A stretch of DNA of 64,000 nt from a virus: positions 64,001 to 128,000 of the IMG/VR virus record IMGVR_UViG_3300045988_075249; one strand, given 5' to 3'. The position numbers and the translations under genes were made by a program. The notes under the pieces were generated by a model. It had not been told where the DNA came from, searched no databases, and worked only from the letters and a program-made list of their open reading frames with translations. Every line of letters starts with the position of its first letter. Position 1 is the first letter of the stretch. Positions 22,592 to 36,500 of this stretch are shown here, piece by piece.

Positions 22592-25373
22592 AATACTATT
22601 CCACCTTCATACGCATTTGATTTGTTAAACACTTATAGTTTATTACACAGAATTGAGCGCTTTCTAGAGCGATATATTTAATCATATTATCCAATGGGTT
22701 AAGTGTATATCTCCCTGTGGGACCGATTTTTACAGTAATAGGATTACTTCCATCAGCATTTGAGCTAAGAAGAATAGTAGTTCCTTCGTCTGCTTCTATA
22801 TCGAACAAAGTAATATCACTAAAAGTGTAATAAATCTCTCCGTCTGTTAGCTGTCCATCGCTACTTAATTCAAAGTGTGTATTATATATAAGCTCAACTT
22901 GCTTTTGTGTCTCTTCTTTTATTATCTCGTAGATATTTACCGTTTTATATAGATTAAAAGTCGTATTATCAACAATAATATCTCCTTGTTTATCCCTAAC
23001 TAGAAATTTTTCCATATTCGCAGGAACATTACTAAATATGCGATATGTGTCACTATTCTTATAATCATAGTTATAAAACTTTAAAACACCATCTGTTCCT
23101 GTAAATATTCCAGAAATCTAACCCCAAATACGAGAAGCATCAATAGCAGAAACAACTCCCACTGAAACATCTTCAACCTAATTTAACTGACAAACATAAT
23201 TCACAATAATAGGAACTGTTGATGCAGATAGAGATAGAGAATTAACATTCTCACTTAAATGATACATTCTACCTGGTGCAACTAAGATCCTTGAACCATT
23301 AACATTAATTTCAATAGTCGCAGATTCAGGCCCATCAAGAGCAAGAATTAAATTTTCACATTCCTCAATCTATCTATCATACTCAGAAGTATCTTCTTCA
23401 TTACCTGCGGCTTCCGCTCTAAGAGCTTCTAATTCTAGTAGCTACGCGGTTAGATCTATCTTTGGGTATTGTTCAACTAGGATATCAGTAACCTAAACTA
23501 AGTTTAGTTTATACCCTCCACCTATGCTAACCTCTTCCTATTCTCTTATCTTTGCGTATAAGTCTATATTTCGACCATAAATTCCGCTTATCTGCCCAAA
23601 GGAATTTATTCTATCTTCGCTTGCTAAACTCTCAAATTCACCAATATCAATTATATTAACTTCATTTAAATTTTCTATGGTGTTCTCTAATACTTCATAT
23701 GCCGTAGCAGAAAAAGAATAGAGCATGCGGCCGACCGTATTATTCGGAGTCAAAGAAATATTAAGCAAGCCTATAACTATATTCCCTTCGGTTGGAGACT
23801 TAAATAATTTATAGTTAAAATCATTTAAAAATTCTTCTACCTTTTCTCTAAAAGCTCTTTCAATGAAAACATTATCATCTGTTAAATCAGTTGAAATAGA
23901 TAATTTACTCTCATTAGTTGAGACTTCTGAATGAGTTGTCTATCTCTCTTGACATTTTCCTCTAACCACATTTTTGATAGTAAACTTATCTTCTGGGATT
24001 GCAAGTTTGCCATTATAATAAAGGCCATCATCATCTAGAGAGAAGAATGTCTAATATTCATCCATCTAAAAACTAATCAAACCAGAAATAGGAAATTCTG
24101 CATAGTAAGCATTACCATTCTAAATTAAATGAGGGTATTTATCTCCTAAAGTATCCTATTTACTTCTTAAAGTGGTATGTTTAAAGCTGGATAAGGTTTG
24201 ATTGAGTGATAGTTTTAACTATACTCCATCTCTATAAATATAGCTGTGCTCAAAATCAACACTACGACCTTGGTTAGAGGTTTCATATACCTAGGAAGTC
24301 CGTAATCCTGCGGAGTTCTCTTGCTATATAGCGTATTTGTATCTAATTCCGCTTTCAATAATAAAATCGGTATAGATTAGTGAATCGTTCAAAACCTAAT
24401 TAGAAAATTTAAGATACTTCAAATCTTCCCATATCTAATAATTATCTTTCTCTGAACTTCTAGTTATTACATAACTTCCACTTAATCCATCTTTTGCTGT
24501 GCAAAAAATCTTTATACAACCATTCTCTTTGCAATATATATCGCTATCTTCAACTCTTATAGATACTCCTTCTAAATCACCTAGATAAGTTCGACTAACA
24601 GAAAAATTATACTAATCAGACTCTCCCTCATAACCATTGACGGTAATAATAGAGTACACAACAGTATAATCTTCACTATTAGTTAATACTGTTTTAAATC
24701 TATGAGTATCTGTATTATTAATAGAGCCATTATGCTAGATCCACCCAGAGCTTTCGATTAAATCACTGAGATCCTACGAAGAACCTTTGTATAAATCAAA
24801 TTTATATTTATCCAATAATTCATTACTACTAGATTCAATCTTGTAACTGCCAATAAATAGCGGTGTTAAAGTTGCTTCTACTCGTTCTGTAGATATAACA
24901 TCTTCTCGCTTTGCCTCGTCGTTTTCTATAATAATAGTCGGAGTATCTATCGCTTTAATTACCATTACAGTAGACCATTCAGAGAAAGCTCCTTCATCTA
25001 TTTGCTATTGTTTCCATGTTGCAAATTCATCTACCGAGGTATACATAGGATTAATTCCAAAGCGCATCTGCACTTTATATAAATACCCTGGCTACCAAGA
25101 TTCGAACAATTCATTTTTATTGATTGATACAAAATACTAATTGCCCAGGGAACCAATAGCAGAGGGTGCTTTATAGATTGTCCCATCTGGGTATTGATTT
25201 GTATTAACAATGCTTTTATTATTCGACTAACGCACTATTCTTACCTATATATGTCCTATATCATTAAAAGATGTAATTGACTGTAAGGTAAAATAGATTT
25301 GATATACATTCACACTGGCTAGAAACGCTGGCTATGTGCTCTACAGAGTAGGCGGGTAAATACTAATTGGCAT
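22584..25373 (-). CDS. Tail-tip / tail-associated minor structural protein (prophage-tail-endopeptidase-like N-terminal region). ~30 TAGs.
   Basis: RBS aaaaaggagg plus ATG 25373. 2790 nt = 930 codons to TGA 22584-22586. Contains track ORFs 24774..24965, 23538..23768 and 22596..23015 in one frame. Confidence 0.6.
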
Positions 25374-25440
25374 AGTTAACGCCTCCTTTTTCTCATCTAA
25401 GATATTTAAAAAATCTTATATCATTAATAAAGATAATTGG

Positions 25441-25478
25441 CCAAAAGGCTGACGAGTTTTACTCCTCGTCAGCCTCCA
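25441..25478 (-). terminator. Hairpin aaaggctgacgag ttttact cctcgtcagcct between two minus-strand genes.
   Basis: 12-bp stem seen in sequence. Confidence 0.45.
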
Positions 25479-25479
25479 C

Positions 25480-25830
25480 CATAAAGTATAGAATATTCAT
25501 AACCTTTAAAGGAATATCATATCCCTACAAAATATCAATAGAAAAGGTAGCTAATGGAACGCTAGTATTAACCGCCAATAAAGCATTTAATTCTTGATTA
25601 GCCGCTTCCCTTTTCTCCTCTGAAATCTAATAGGTTATATCATCAACTTTTTCTCCATATCTTTCAATAATCTTTTTTCGTTCGTTATAAATATCCTCAG
25701 CAATAGGAGAAAGAATTTTAAAATTTCTTATTACTGCATATGATACGCTCGCGGGAAGAAGTGAGCAATCTTGTATTGTAGAATTTAAATTCTCAACTGC
25801 TTCCAAAATATCCTTGTTTAACATTTTCAT
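25480..25830 (-). CDS. Hypothetical protein (117 codons). 2 TAGs.
   Basis: Track ORF 25627..25830 continues past TAG to TAA 25480-25482 (traced codon by codon). Confidence 0.5.
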
Positions 25831-25850
25831 AATTAAGACTCCTTTTTCTC

Positions 25851-26591
25851 TTATGGCGAAACCGCATCTGCTAAAGCTTCAAATAAAGCTGCACTAATCA
25901 AAGTTTTATCTGCGGTAACTCTTGAAGTCCCGCAAGCAGATGCCATAGAATTATAAACACTCGCAGTTATCCAATCACCACGAGAAACTTTTAAATTATT
26001 GTATGAAGAATACTGATTTGACTAGTTTCTCCAACTTTTATATTTACCAACCTAGTCAGCTAACTAATTCCATTTGCTGGCTGTAGCATAATCTGCTATA
26101 TAATCTCCAGGACTGCATCCAAAAGAAAAGCTAGTTGGTTGCGTATATACAGTTACACTATCAGATGCAGATCCTAAACTAACTGTTGTCCTAGACGTAG
26201 TTGGCCCAGTAGTTGTTGTTACATCTTCATATATTGGATTCCCATTTTCATCTTTTCCTACTTCTTCTCTATGAGTAGACCATCGAGTTACAGTAGTGGT
26301 TTTCGTACATCTAGCACTTAATGTGCCTCTAACTGTGTTTGCCCTTCCCGCGGTTAAACCAGTAAAATTATGAGTTGGTTCTTTTGAACTAGAGCTGCCT
26401 CCATCACTAAAGCTCCAACTCCATACTGTATTGCTATAAGAAATAGTAGTTCTAGAACCGTTTTTACTATCTCCCGTAGTAGTCGTTCCAGAATCACTTG
26501 GATATACCCATCCTACCGCAGTACAACTTATTGAAGCATATCTCTATCCAACACTAGAGTAAGAAGGAGAATGTAAAGTTACAGAACCCAT
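25851..26591 (-). CDS. Hypothetical virion protein (Ser/Thr-rich). ~5 TAGs.
   Basis: RBS aaggag plus ATG 26591. 741 nt = 247 codons to TAA 25851-25853. Confidence 0.5.
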
Positions 26592-26605
26592 ATACTATCA
26601 ACTCC

Positions 26606-29600
26606 TTACGCAAATTGGGCATAAATACCATCCTATCCAGATTTTGGCACATTCATATGGAATTGATTTGCATTAACCCAAATACCTGCTCCTTCAGTAT
26701 TTAAAGCAATATTTCTGGCAGATTTAAGAATAATACTCTACCCTCTTCCAATAGTTGCAATACCAATATTATCAGTTACTCCATCATCATCCTCACCTGG
26801 AACATACCCCAAATATCCAAGATAAGTGTTCCAATTCCTTCCCATATAAATCTGTACCTAATTAGTTTCAAGACCTTCATCAGATAATCTTGTTACACCA
26901 TTTCTAATATCACTTTCAGTGATAGTCCAGCCACCAATCTCACCGTTATTGCAAGTCAAAGTAGTTGCATTAATATCTCCACTAATATCTACATTATCTG
27001 ATTCAAAATCATCACACACAATTCTACCATTTGAATATAGTGTAGTTCTTCCTCCAGAAATTCTATTAGAACTGATAGTCCAGCCACCAATCTCACCATC
27101 ATCTGCGTAAATTGAACCATTAATTGTTGCATTTTTACACTACATTTCTCCAGAGCTAGTAACATAAAAGTAAGAGGATCCAGAGAAGACTGGTCTATCT
27201 GCTGTACTACTAGAACTAGCTCCTGCCCAAAAACGATAAGTGCCTGAGCTCGCTATTCCAGTTCTATAATTATCACTAGTTAACTTATTAGAAGAAAGAA
27301 TCCAACCTCCAATATTTCCCTATTTAGCAGTAATTAATCCGCCTTTAGAAACAGAAAATTTAGCACTTGATGCTGTAGCACTTCCTGCCCAAATAGCAAA
27401 ATCATTATTATTAGTAGGAGTAGAAGTATTGGTTGGAGATTGGCTATTTAATTCAACTCTCGTTGAGCCAGAGCCGCTATATAGTCTATTGGTTTCAATA
27501 GTCCAACCATTAGATCCTGTTTTCGTTCCTCCAATTTTACCAGAAGAGGCGTAAATAGTCCCTGAAACTTCTGCATTGGTTGCTTTTACAGTTCCATTAT
27601 ATTTTACTGTAAAAGCTCCTCCGCCAATCTTTATAGCTTCGGTAGATCCATCTGCTTTAAGATCAGCAAGAGTAATAGTCATTCCATTAGAGGCATCCCC
27701 ACCTTCTTCTGAAGAATTCCCTCCACCATAAATCTTCGCTGAAGTTCCATCAATAATGATCTATCCTCCACCACTTTTAGCTCCAAAAAACGCTGTTCCA
27801 TTTTCCATTAAACCAAAAGTATTAACTCCAGCTTTATAACCATATAAACCTATTTTATCTTGAACGCTATCTTTTCCCATAACTACACCAGTAAAACGAT
27901 TAAAACTATCTTTCTCTCCTGCTCCAATCTATGGAGCTAAGATATACTAACCATTTTCTTCATCAATTTGTAGCTATGTGCCATCCCATCCATTTATTAG
28001 CTCATTGCCATATGTATCAAGATATAAAATAACGGGATGGTAGATATATTTTCCTTCGTATTCACATTTTAATAAAGCAATATTATTATCTTCAAAAATA
28101 AAACTAGATGCAGGTTCAAGATAATAAAGATTATCTTTTTCTTCAACTGTTAAAATTTCTTTTACAAGAGAAGAAATATTACGACTATAATCCTAATTAT
28201 TAACAATAAATTCAATGTTATTGCTATAAAAGGATGGATTAACACCAGACGCAGTATATTTAATATAAGAAGGAATAGAACTAATATCAATATTATTTAA
28301 TTCATCATCACTAAAATTAACAGCAACATCAATAGGGTAATTACAGTAAATTTCATAGGCTCTATTATTCTTATTGTCATTAATAGTTACCTAAACTTTT
28401 ACATATCCGCCTGCGGGATTTGAGATCAACTATGTTGTACCACTTGCTATTTTGCGGTCATCATTCTCGCCTTCCCGCAATTCAATATTAACACCAGTCC
28501 ATTTATAAGATAGGGTGTAATTACCATTATTATTGATTAATTCTCCATCTTTATATACATAGCATCTTATAGGTAATTCATTTACCCAAGATTCATCTCT
28601 ATAAACTAATGGAGTTAATCCAGATAGTTTCAATCCAGTGTCAGGATCAAATGGTCTAATAGCACTTACGTATGTAGTACCATTTGTACCCTAATCACCA
28701 TCTTTTAAGAACAGAATTTCTTTTCGGAAAGAATATTCTTGCTCATCCATAGTGATTATACGAACTAAGATAGTATTATTGTTAAAATTAACTTTATACT
28801 TCTACTTAATAGTATAATGTAAAATATTACTATTGTCAACCCAGAGGTTTTCAATCATAGACTCGCTAGGATTATATCTTGAATTAGTAATATCTTTTCC
28901 ATCTGGACCAATCCATTCTACTTTATAAGAAGTTCCTACACCATCTTTCCAAGTTAAAACAACCTAAAGAGTTCGTTCCTTCTCAGCATCTTCTATTGTT
29001 ATATCTCCGTTTGCATCATATCTAAAGGTATCTTCTCCATTATAAGTGATTGTAACATCTTCCTCGGAAGAACTATTTGTGACAAGATGTTCTAATACAC
29101 AAATAATCTAGCTATGCTCTTTATTATAAACGCCGCAAACAAAAGTAACAGAAGAATATAGCAGTAAATTAGTTACAGTGATAGAATTTTGTTTTAACCC
29201 TACTGCGGTATAACTTCCATCTGGATAAAGCATATACCAATCTCCAATTAAAACAGTATCATCTGCATTGTTCTAAATTTGAATGATAATATCTTCACCA
29301 ACCGTAGTTTGATCTAACTCAAAACTATAGTCACTTGTTAAGTTATAAATCGTTGTTTCTGCGCTTAATGTCACGCTATCATTATATACAACGATCAATT
29401 TATACTACTTTTGATACTCAACCTATTCAGCATTAAGTGTCAACGTATTGCTCTCGGACGCTGTGACGGGAGCCCATCCTACCCCAGCATTTTTGTCGTA
29501 CAAATCGCTCCCTAGTAAAACACTTACATCCCTCTCAAACCACTTACATTCACAGGTTTCTTCGTTCATAATATTATCGCCCTAATAAATCAATCTACCA

Positions 29601-30520
29601 ACCAAATCAAGAGAAGAGATCTCGTTAGTGAATGAGTTTCCTCGCGGGGCCGATATATCTAAATAATATAAATTATCAGTTAAATCTTTCTGTTCAACAA
29701 ACTGAATCTCTATATCCTTTACAAAAATATTAGGTACAGTTCTATTCTCTTTATCTGTAACTATACCAGATTCTACATAACGATCATAGACAAAGTTTTC
29801 TTCAAATAATTTAATTTGTTTAAGTCCAGTTAAATAATTTTTTTGAGTTTTTATGACTACAGATTGCGGGCTGTAGACCTAAAAGCGATATGGATCTCCA
29901 TTAAAAGAACTTAGATCTAGTTTATAAGAAACTATATCCCCACTTTTTGTGAAAAACTATATATCTAAACCATAATTTCCTTTTGTATGTTCACAATGGA
30001 AAGTAGTCAAGAAAGAAGCCTTGATTCTAATAAGTTCGTTATTATTTGCGTATTGTTGGAATAATCCATGATAGCCCTCTTCAGTACCGTCATAAATAAT
30101 CTATTGACTTAGATTACTATCGGCAGGCGCTCCAGCTACAACGCCCCTTTCCGCACTTTTATTATATTCATACATGGTATCAAAGGTTGGGCTTTTCTCT
30201 ATTATTGAATTAGATAAAGATAGCATCTCTCCGTATGATAGCGACTATTCACTTGTTTTACATACTATTCTTTTCCTTGCTGACAAGTCATCTTGAGGTA
30301 TGGTAACGTATACAGTATCTCCTACTTTATATTGCTTTTTTACATCATCAGAAAAAGCAGATACTATATTACCAGAATATTTAACTTTATATTCTCCAGT
30401 ATCAAGATTAACTATACTATTGATCTCTGCTGAAACAGTTTTATCATAAGTTAATTTTGATAGTGCTTTATCAACAAGAATATCTATTGTCTAAAAGATA
30501 GATTCAGAAGCTGTATTCAT
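26606..30520 (-). CDS. Long tail fibre protein (1304 aa) with repeated G.IGGWTI beta-rich units. ~25 TAGs.
   Basis: RBS aaaggaggaag plus ATG 30520. 3915 nt = 1305 codons to TAA 26606-26608. Contains track ORFs 28430..28633 and 27320..27682 in frame. Confidence 0.65.
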
Positions 30521-30547
30521 ATTCTTCCTCCTTTTACTCATAGGGAA

Positions 30548-30571
30548 TAATAGGGGAGATTTTCTCCCCTA
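30548..30571 (-). terminator. Hairpin aggggag atttt ctcccct between the tape measure gene and the fibre gene.
   Basis: Seen in sequence. Confidence 0.4.
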
Positions 30572-33500
30572 TTATTCTTTTCTTCTATTCGCCCATTGAG
30601 TAGCATCATCCGCCAAACTACGAATAGCATCTTGAATTTCATCAGAAGATGTCGCATTGGGGAATTCAACTCGTTCAATATTTATATTTGGCTAAACCAC
30701 ATTATCTGTCGGCGCAATCTAGGTATTAGTTCCCAATCTAGATGCCATAATACTAGAAATAGATAATGCATTTCCATCAAGAGTTTTCTCAATAGAGGCT
30801 ATAAAACTAGGTCCAAAGGCTCTCATAGCAGAGACCGCCGCCAAGATATTTTTCGTATCCTCTTGATTTAAAACTAGCTCTTTTTCATGCAAGAAAGCTA
30901 ATTTAGCATTATCAAATTCTCCGGTATATCCTCCAGTATCGAAACCACTTATCTAACTTTCTTTTAGCCATCCATAGGCAGAATTATTAGACTGCACATG
31001 GATTGGATATGGTCTACCCTTAGCTATATTTGTTATTCTAACCTTTTTACCTGGACCACGTCTACCAGCAGGATCAGTACCATAAGAGTCATGATAATAA
31101 GTTCCGCCAATATAAGTAACTTCGTCTCCTACTTCGGGGATTCCATTACCCCCTCCGGTTCCACTGCTAGAAGACCCACTACCACTATTACCTGAGTTAC
31201 CTTTATCAGTATCAGAAGATTGACTTGAATCAGAAGAAGGTAAGTCATCTTTATCTATACTTCCTGCACTTTCTATTGTGCTACCAGCAGCTCTAGCGGC
31301 TTCTTCAAGCGCTCTTATATATTCTCTGACTGAATCGGCCATATCTAAATACTCTTGACTTAAATCTTGAATAGTGCTTATCTATTCTAACATCTAAGTA
31401 ACGGCATTTGATCCAGCCTCAGAGCACAAATCAGTAGAAGTTGAAACATCGTCGATATAATCTTTTAAATCATCGAGACTTGTTCCAGTCTAATCGGCTA
31501 CTCCAGAAACAGTAGTTTGATAATCTTCCATCGCTCCGCTAGCTTCATCCATTGCATTAGATAAAAACTCTTCAAAGTTACCAGCATTAGCGGTCATATT
31601 GGCTAAGTCTTTCGCAAATACATTATCAAATAGGTCAATAAGTTTTGTATTACTTCCTACTATATCTTGAATCTACTCGTTATCTGATAGTAACAAATCA
31701 ATAATGCTAGAGCCAGAGTTAGCTATAATATCTTGAATTTCTTGACTTGTAATTCCAGTTAGGTCACTTACCTCGTCTCCCGCAACAATAGCCATATCAA
31801 TTAAAGCTTTATTGCCGGCTTCGGTCATATCCTAAATAGCGATCTATTTTTCGTTCTCTAGGTCCTTAACCTTCTGCGTATAATAAGAATAGATTTCTTG
31901 CGCGCGGGCAGATCTTTCTTCATCAGTCAAGGTCATATCAGAATAGATTTCTTTTATCTTATCTTGACATTCTTGCCAAGTAGAAATAATCTCTCCTGTA
32001 ACATCCTCTACCTACTGCTTTGCTATATTATACCACTCATTCTCCGCATCAAGCAAATTCTATTCTGCGTCAGCTATCTGGCTCGCATCTGCGGTGTATT
32101 GATAATTCCAGTTACCTTGACTATCTCTCACTAGTCTAAGTTGATTTTTCGCATTTTGAGCATCTTCAAGTGCCATCTAAGCCTAAAGAACATTATACTT
32201 AGCTTCGAGAATTTCTAAATCGTATTCAGATAAGGTATTGTTCTCTCTACGTATATCAATTTCCTCTTGTAGCTATTTTAACTAATCTTTCATCTTAGAG
32301 TTAGTAGCCTTATCAATATCCTGTTGTAGTTTATTATACCAAGAAGATACCTCATACGCTTCATTTACTTTATCTAAATATCTATCCTCTTGCTCGATAT
32401 AATGATCAAACTTGTCTTGTAGTAGATCTAATCCTACTCCGCCAGAAACAGCCTATCCAAATTCATATACTGCTCTCTCAATAGCTTGAGTATACATCTC
32501 CTAGGCAGTTTCCATAGCGGCTTGCGCAGAACTTAACATAGCCTCTTGTGCTTCATTATATTCTTCTAGTAGAGCATCTCTATTAGCTTTTAGACCATCA
32601 TATGCAGGATCCGTTTCATCTCCGCCTAATGCGTCTAGTGCAGCTTGAGCTTCCAATAATTCTTGACGGATTCCATCGTACCATTGTTTATTTAGCTGCG
32701 CATTGGCGACCTGAGCCTTCATAGTTTCTTCGCTTACTTCCTGAAGCTACTCAAATCCTTCCTCAGTCTTATATGTAACTCCCTAAAGAGCATATAGTTC
32801 TTTGATAAGTCCTAGAACGGATTCATTATGGTCAAGCTAATCAGTAAAAGCTGCAAATCTTTCTGACGCGGCATCTAATGCATCTGGTAGCATTTCTTCA
32901 AGACCTTCTACCCAATCAAGCAAAGCTTCCGCAGTAGAAATCATTTTACCTTGCAAGTCAGATAACTTGCTTACAATCTCATCAATATTAGTCGCATCTG
33001 TGGCATTAGCTAATTCTTCCTGATAACTTTTAAGGGCTTCTTCATAGCTCTTGATGATTTCCTTATTCTCATTCATACTGTTTTCATCAATACGAGCGAC
33101 TTCCATTCCATGAGTTAGTTCATCACCAAAAGATTCTGCTATTTGTCTTGTTAGCTCATTAACCGCATCTTTAGCATCTTTTATATCTATTGCAACTTCA
33201 AGTTTATATTCAATCTAATTTAATCTATTATCTGCAATATTTCTTTCTAGCTCTTCTTGCTCATCTTTTACATCTTGAATCTTGTCAAGAGTTTCTTCAT
33301 ATTGAGCTAAAGCGTCCTAACGAGCCTAGAATAATTCATCAGCAACTTCTTTTTGTAATTGCCAACTATCATATTCTGCCTATCTAGCCTCCTATTCATC
33401 TTTAGTAAGACTGCTAAACATTAATAAGAAAGCGTTGTAATCGGTTAAGAAGTTATTATTATAATCATCAACAATAGATTGAAGAACGTCTTGATAACCT

Positions 33501-36500
33501 TCAATTTCTCCATTTTCATCAAAAGTAAGAGAATTGTTGAATAATCCTTGAAGGTCTGATCTATCTTTCTCAAGATAGGTCTCAGCCTCATCAAGCATCT
33601 TATTATAATTAGCTTGCTGTTTTTCTAACTCTTGAAGCTCTTTCTAATAAGCCTATAATTTCTTCGCTCCATATGCTCTATCTATATTATTACCAATATC
33701 ATCTAATAAATCATTCTAATTCTCAATCTCACGAGTTATTTCATGGTATCTATCTTCTATATCTTCAAGAGTTTTTTCATCTTCGGCATCATATTTTGTA
33801 CCTTCGTTATCTCCGCCAGAATCTTTATTTCCAATATTGTCTGCTGCTATTCTATTCGGATCTAATGCTCCATCAGGATCAAATGCAAATGGCTCCTAAC
33901 CATAATCAAAAATACCATTCTATCCAGATCCCGTACCCTCAGAAGATAAATATGAACCAGCTTCTTTTAGAGCATTAGTAAAATTACCAATAGCATCTCC
34001 GCCCTCGCCGGAAATTTTTAATCCTAGAGTGGGAAGCTCAAAAGGAAGATTCGCTTTGCCAGCTAGCCAATCATCTATCTATAATTTTCCCCATGATTTT
34101 ACATATGGAGTAAAACCTAAACCATATTCAAAATTAGAAATTAAATCTCCTAGTGCTGTTAGAACAGCCCCAGCCGCCTATGAAGTTGAGCTAATTGTAT
34201 TAGCACTCTCGGACATAGTAGAATTAATAACGGCTCCAGCGATACTAGCATCAGTGGACATTGCTTGCATTAAAGCATCGGCGCTTGTATCTAGTCCATT
34301 TGCTAGCGTTATTCCCTAATTAAGAACACCCTAGAGAATCCTTTTATAAGATTCGTTATTAGTCTATTCTAGTCCTACGAGCTATTGTCCAATACTTGAT
34401 ACCATTGCCTAAAATTCTGTCGCAGTAGTATCGAAATTATTATCAATGGTAAAATCTATCGCTCCAAAGCTATCAGCATAGTTTAATAAGTAATCGTAAT
34501 TATCTACTAAACTATTTACAATTCCCATCATGTCTTGGGCATCGCTCACTTGTTTTTCCCAAGTATTTAAATTAGATATATCAGCCATGGCTCTGGCATA
34601 TTCTTCCTCAGAAATTGTAGTTTGATCTACTCCATCTTTGAGTTCCCAAACTCCGTCTGTATTTTTTGTAATATTCTAATTTAATTTAGACTAAGCCGTA
34701 ATTAATGCTTTCGTGGCAGCGATTGTTCCCTCATAGTAATCATCCATATTGATGGTTCCAGATTTAAACTTTTTATTTAAATCTATCAGTCCATCCCCTA
34801 TAGACCCGGTTGCAGCGACCAAAGTAGCTTCATATAAATCAGTTTCTTCTATATTATCGTCAATTTCTTCGTTTAATCTATGAAAGCCTGCATCTATATT
34901 ACTTAATCTTTTATTAATCGTATCAAAATATTCTTGGGCAGATATTGCCCCCTCCTGATACGCTTTCGCATTATCACTAAGGGCCTATGTTCTCTCTTTA
35001 AACAATTCTACATCAGTTTCACTTGTAAACGTATAATCATTTATTGCATTTGAATCACTGGCTCGCGATACTAATTCATCCCACATATTAATATAATTCT
35101 AGAGATAATCAGTATTTACCCCATATTTTTCTTTCATAGATTCTATTGTAGCATCAAGAATTTGCTCTTCTTGTCGTTCAGAATCTAAAAATGTCTAAAG
35201 AGACTAATTTGTTAGTTTATACGCATCTCCAACTTTAACAATATACTAAGCATATCTTTCATCTGCATTAATGAGTTCTTGAACTTGATCCATGGTTAGA
35301 TAGCCTTCTTGATCCTTATATGACTATAAGGCAGATTCAAGAGCACTCTAACTATTATTTAATTCTTCCAATATAGATTTTAAGTCGTCTATTCTCTTTA
35401 CATTTATATTTATTTCATTAATTTTATAATTATCTAAAAATTCCTATAATTCTTCAACCGTATCAAAATTATCTATATTGACACCCATAAGGATTTCCCA
35501 ATCCTCATTTGATAGAGAATCAAAATCAAAATCACTAAATTTACTTTCTACTTTTTCCTTTGCTTCATCTACTCTGCTATCTATAAAAGTTAAAAACTCA
35601 TCTACGCTGACTCCAGCTAACATTAATTCATTTTTAATGGATTCTGTTATCAAACCAGAGGCTGCACTAATATCACCACTAGCCAAAGTGCTATAAAGCT
35701 AAGTAGAAATCTATTTAACTGATTGGCTATCTAAAATTGGTTTTAATATAACCTCTTCATATTCACTTTGACTGCCATAAAGATTTTTACGAATAAGAGA
35801 TAACCGCTCCTGCATTGAAGCTATCATTTCTGGATTATACTCAATAACCCCGTCAGTAACAGATTTAATATATGCAGCATAATCATCTTCTGCTTGCTAT
35901 ATAGCTTCAGAATTGTCAGTTACCCACTGTGCCGTAATCTATTCATTTTGAGTAACCCAATCTTGATACTCTACTAAGTAATCACGATAGGCATCAGAAT
36001 TTTTATCAAGGCCCTAAGTAACACTATTAAACCAAGTGTCTGCATCTACGTACTAATTTTTATAAGTATATCTATTCTATTCAAGTACAGATTGAGCATT
36101 TGGATCATTTAAATCCATGCTCTATTCTAACTCTTTAAACCAGCCCTAGTCTCCATTGTATTCATTCCAACTTCTCCACTAGGTTAAATCTGGTCCTCCT
36201 GCCAAACCCTTAGTAGATTTATCATAATTCTCTTCGATAGTTTTTGCCTAGGCTTTTTGCGCTTCTTCTGTTAACTTCTCTTGTAACTCAACCTATCTCT
36301 ACAAAGAAGATTCTGCCTATTTAAGTTTTTCTAATTCTTCTTGTTCGACCATACTTAAAGAATCCTAATTATTTAATTCTTCTATTCTATCTTTCGTTGT
36401 CTATAATTCAGAATTTAAAGATTCTAATGCAGATTTCTAATCCTCATAAGCCTAGGTAGCACTAGATATTTTTTCTCTAGCCTCTTCTTCCGTAACAATA

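Noticed and set aside
25095-25110. TTCGAAC (T-loop-like) sequence considered as a possible tRNA.
   Set aside because: No acceptor, T or anticodon stems can be formed around it. It lies inside the 930-codon tail-tip gene.
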